A stretch of DNA of 64,000 nt from Stylophora pistillata (taxonomy: Eukaryota): NCBI RefSeq assembly GCF_002571385.2, contig NW_019218103.1, forward strand, positions 145,752 through 209,751, in the 5' to 3' direction. Positions 59,551 to 64,000 of the stretch are shown piece after piece (position 1 is the first letter of the stretch; every line of letters begins with the position of its first letter). Under the pieces are notes generated by a model. That model saw only the letters and a list, made by a program, of their open reading frames with translations, had not been told where the DNA came from and did not search any database. A program made the translations under genes and the position numbers.

Positions 59551-61228
59551 ATTATAACCTTAGGTTAAATTGATACGTCTCCGGATTACGATCCTTCACA
59601 GACTGAAGTAGTTTTTGGTTGTTTTGTTTATGTTAATTTATGGTATTAATATCTGGGTTCTGTTACAAAAGGCCACCTTTGTATTCAGTTCGACTTAGCT
59701 GTTTTTCTGATTTCCCAAGATCGAATAATCAAGGAGAACAATAATGATTCAAATATTTTACAAGGTCGTCTAAACTTGCTTGTTCCCTACGGAAACAGCA
59801 ATCATAACACCGCAATTAGAACGTTTAAAATGTTGAGAAGATTCCAGAGTTTTACATCAGTCTAGTCACTTTTCATACCATCTGAGTTCTGACTGGTTCC
59901 GTGTGATAACTATCGTTGTTTTGTTCGGCCAATTGCGATCATGTGATTTCGAAATGCGTTCTTTCATCACTTGTTACAGATTGTCAGGGACTGATTATTT
60001 CAACAAACACTTTTCAGGGGAATTGCGTTATTTAATGTTAGGAGATGAACCATTTACTCATAGAAGAACGAGAAAAATGTTTTTTCTCGTCTCTACTACA
60101 TCTTTCTGCTTATGACCACTAATTAATCACAAAAGGCTCTATCATAATTTTTGCTAATTATTGTGTTCTGATATGAAAAACCATCTACACTCTTATGCAA
60201 TTAGGGGATTCCTGCCACACAGAAACCTTACTACGTTCTTACTAGTTCGGCCTGCCTCAGTCAGCCTCATTCGCTGTAATCAGGTGTCTTGCGAGAGTAC
60301 AGTTTTGTGTGAGTTAAAAAAATATTAAATAAACGAAAAATGTTGGTCTTTTGTTAACTTAAATTTATGGCATTCGGAGAGAACTGAGACAAAAAAGTCT
60401 ATTTATTTGACAACATTTCCATGCATATTCCAATAGTGAAAACTCCACGAGCATTGCACGTGCGGGGCCACCAAGTACTGCTTCCCACGTTTTGCATCAC
60501 GAGCACTGGAAATGGAACGGACCAGGAGTTAAGATCATTTTTGAGATATTTTCATTTAATGTAATCCTTTGTTGTTTACCGAAACAAACCACCAATTAGT
60601 CTTTTGTCAAGCGACGGAATCTCTTCCTCATAATTAAATATGCGTTCTACACGGAAAATGTTTACTCCGCACATGGCCGACTCGGAGGAGTGTTGGTGAA
60701 AATGAGTAAACGGGGCAAAGGCAAAGGCAAACGTTACGGCTTCAAACAGAAGAAAGCAAACGTTGAAGAGGACGGATACCTTTTTAATCAAAACAACGCC
60801 TTTCAAGGAAAAAACAGAAGAGGCACCCTTGATGACAGCAGAAAAAAAGACTGCAAGAATTAAAGATGAAATGTCTACCGGGTTCAAGAAATTTGAATCT
60901 AACGTGAAATGGCAAACAATCGAGCCAGAAACTGCACTGCTGCTCTGGGAAGATATTTTCAAGCCGTTGTACACCTTTGATCTCGTAAGGAATGTCCTCG
61001 CAGTAAGTGAAACGACAAAAAGTCAGCAGACCTAGTTTCTGATGGTTCAAAAGTTTTCTTACTTGCATGGAAAAAACACTCTCATAGTCTGTTTATTGTT
61101 TTCTGAATACATGTACTAAATATTTGCTCTTAGTAAATCGATTTTAAATCCTATGGTAGTCACAGCTTTTTCTCAACATTTTGAATGGGGGTACGAAAGT
61201 TTGGCCATAAAAACGATTTTAGTGCGGA

Positions 61229-61955
61229 CAAAATACGCCTAAATAGCCGTTGTCCCCCCCGTAAAGCAATAAAAAATTATGAAACTTTGGCAATTTCGTA
61301 CGCTACAACGCGATGCAATCCCGCTCAACAGCCGTTCAACGGATCGCATTACAATTTTTGTAATTTTTTAGCTCGAACTCTTTTCAAGCTGGACGCGCCG
61401 CCTATGGCGTGCCAAGAAAAAAAAATTTGAAGAATTAAACTACAAGGATAAAGCTTTAAGATCATATCTATTTTGATTTGTAAATATATCATACATGACC
61501 TTTTTAAAGGCCTTCAAATGGGTCATGACAGCTGTTCAGCGGTTCGCATTACATTTTTGACAAAATAGCCCAAAGTCTATTAAACCTGGACGTGCCGCTT
61601 ATGGCGGGCCAAGATAGAGAATTGGAGGAATTAAAATACAGGGATAAAGCTTTAAGATGATGTATATTATGATTTTTAAGTATACATGGCAGACCTGTTC
61701 ATAGGCCACTGAAGCTGACCTTTATTTCACCTCCACGAAAGAGACGCGAAGTACTTTATTTCACCGGGTCACTATTTAGACTAATAAACGTAACAACATA
61801 ACAAGAAACTAATATTTCCAAGAGATAAAAGGACCATCTGCGAGCATACAAAATTTAAAAGCAGGATTGCGTCGTATTGAAGCGTACGAGGTTGCCATAG
61901 TTGCATAATTTCTTATTGCTTTACGGGGGGACAACGGCCATTTAGGCGTATTTTG
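61229..61955. mobile_element. MITE-like element with ~44-bp inverted repeats and an internal diverged direct repeat
   Basis: caaaatacgcctaaatagccgttgtccccccgtaaagcaataa / ttattgctttacggggggacaacggccatttaggcgtattttg. ~61330-61500 resembles ~61535-61700. Confidence 0.6.
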
Positions 61956-62346
61956 AACTTTTCGAAGGAAAAAAAGCGCGATGGAACTTTTTGGTATAAT
62001 TTTCGAAAAAGGTTCATTAAAAGGGTCCTTTAGAAAAAATTAAATGAATTACCAAATTTTGTAACTGTCGGCGGATTCTCTATGTTTATGGTCTGTGGCT
62101 CTTAAAGCGTCTACTCAAATCTACTTATAGTCACCAGTCATTTCGCTTGCTAATCAACGCCGGCCACTCTGTTTCGCTACTCGGGCCGCCTTCAAGATCG
62201 AACACCTACAAACAAAACCGCTCAGCACCGGCGAGGTAATATCATCAGCACCCTAAATTTCTGAATTTTTTCGAGCGGACTTTTGAAAAAATTTACATGA
62301 ATCAAAGCTACTTACTTATTGAGCTCAGTGGATTCGCAATTACGGA

Positions 62347-64000
62347 TCAACTCAGGGTCAAGCTTTCGTAGTTTCTTGGTTCATTCCCTTCTTTTATTAC
62401 CGAGTTTTCCGGCTGTTTTTCATGTTCTGTACCATGAGGCTTTTCGAGATAACCTCCCATATCAAAGCCGTCGAGCTTTTCACTGCTGTGAACTGTACAC
62501 CCAGTGGGCGAGCCAATTAAATTAATGCAAGCTTGTAAAACGTAAAGGACAGCGATTGATACAAAATGGCCGATCAGTGCACTAGCTACTGGGCGATCTG
62601 AAAATATACAAAAGAAAAGCGTATCAAAATAACTTGGTGACACAAACAGCGGACTAAATACAAGGCGCTGCCTTTCTGTGACGATACCGCGCCACAAAGG
62701 TAGACGCCCTCTAACACACACACACAAAAAAAAACACCAGGCATAAACAAACCCGAGAAAGCACGCCACAACCAAACGTAAGCCTACAAATATTTGATAA
62801 GAAAATAACAGTAACTAACAATCACGATAATACAATAAGCTAAATTATTTACCTTAATTAATTTACGGGAATATCATAATTTAAAATTAGAGTACGTACG
62901 CTAAATCTATTTACAAGAGTATTATTAAATAAAAAAAATAAGTTTTTACTAGTTCAGTTCGGTTCGCCTTGCGTCCGTGTTCTCAACTCTCCCACGATCC
63001 ACCAACAAACTACGTACTGATAAACCAAATTTCCGTTTCACAAACCAACCTCCCGTTTCACGAACCAATCTCCCGTTTCACCAGTTTCCAACTTTGCGTA
63101 CTTCCCCTCTTCGCTCAGAAAACTTCTCGTAATTTGACCTTCGTTCGGACTTTTCTTCTTAATTCAGTTATAATCACTTCTTCGTCAGCTTACTGTTTGA
63201 CAGCTTCTCTGCGCACATACGTTCCTCGGCAAATGGATTCTTTGTCATGAAATAGAACGGTTATCTGAATGACTTTTCAGAGATGATAATGTGCTCTGAT
63301 CTTGAACGAGTCTCTGTTCCTTTCAATTTCCCAACGCCCCTCGCTCAAAACTAATAAAACCTCTCCAACCGTAACCACCTAAAAGTCTTAAATATATGTG
63401 GACCCAAGGTGCAAGGTGACAGAAAAAGGAAAGAAAACTCTTGGATAAAGGTTAATTACAAAACGGGTTACGCAAGTAAAGAATACAGATTACGTAATAG
63501 GTACACTACAATACAACACAATACATTGATCCCAGGAAAGTAAAAGAATGAATTACATACAATTAAATAAATTCTTTGTTAACTACCATGCTTTCATGAC
63601 ACTCTCTTGGCTGGAAGTCGTTCAAGGATCCTCTTCAAAATCCGCCAGATAAAGCCAGCAAAATTAATCTGAACAGACATCCACGCATGTATATATCCAT
63701 AGGTTTCAACGTTTCCGTTTAAGTTGCTACCTTCTTCCTTACAATACGATGGACTTACCTGATGGAAGACAAGCATCCATAAGGAGCCAAATGCCTGCCC
63801 AAGAGGACACCACTCCAAATGCCAATATGTACACAAAGATCTGCTCCAAGGCATGGCTTAATATAGAATAAGGCGGATTCATTGGGATCGTTGATAGGAA
63901 CTCTGTGAGGACATAACACACAATCCATATACTGTATCCCACGATAATCAGTAAAATTGAAGATAGGATCAGATCGTTGTCAGGATATTGTATTATGGTC
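62347..64000 (-). CDS. Fuseless-family-like multi-pass membrane protein, last two exons (64000-63759 and 62597-62347); the gene continues beyond the window
   Basis: ..YPDNDLILSSILLIIVGYSIW..FVYILAFGVVSSWAGIWLLMDACLPS(D)RPVASALIGHFVSIAVLYVLQACINLIGSPTGC..* with a phase-1 GT-AG intron (G|gtaagt..ttttcag|AT). The V..W.G.W.L.D motif is recalled from the Fuseless family. Confidence 0.72.
63022..63082. repeat. 20-bp tandem repeat, 3 copies
   Basis: aaaccaa(a/c/t)(t/c)tcc(c)gtttcac repeated three times. Confidence 0.7.

Noticed and set aside
59570-59608. Additional hammerhead on the minus strand (CTGTGAAGGATCGTAATCCGGAGACGTA)
   Set aside because: The core is missing conserved nucleotides (no CUGANGA, no GAAA).

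Overview
AT-rich, repeat-dense eukaryotic (animal) genomic DNA. The repeat families resemble those of anthozoan or stony-coral genomes, which is an inference. It contains spliceosomal introns, two single-N assembly joins (1808, 41995) and no prokaryotic features. In order, the window holds: (1) a decayed Ty3/Gypsy LTR retrotransposon (~370-7300) interrupted by a tRNA-like tandem and inverted element; (2) a decayed, intron-containing Harbinger/ISL2EU-type (HTH_Tnp_4 + DDE_Tnp_4) transposase on the minus strand (7748-14006) with a TIR element and a LINE nested in one intron; (3) a ~16 kb old, hierarchical tandem-repeat array (16.4-32.8 kb) invaded by MITEs, LINE 3' ends and an unclassified decayed coding element; (4) several 5'-truncated CR1/L2-group LINEs; (5) a spliced plus-strand gene (visible exons 39092/43210-52022) encoding three tandem cystine-knot-like Cys-rich modules, whose large intron holds a GGTGTAGT satellite that flips strand, a MULE-like MITE and a Crypton-like remnant; (6) a 4.1 kb near-identical duplication across an N, probably an assembly artefact; (7) a DIRS retroelement with triple-nested insertions; (8) Penelope-type minimal hammerhead ribozyme motifs; (9) the last two exons of a Fuseless-like membrane protein gene on the minus strand at the window end. 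The best novelty candidates are the tandem cystine-knot gene, the circularly permuted tRNA-like mobile units and the higher-order array. All family assignments come from motif recognition by eye, with no database searches.
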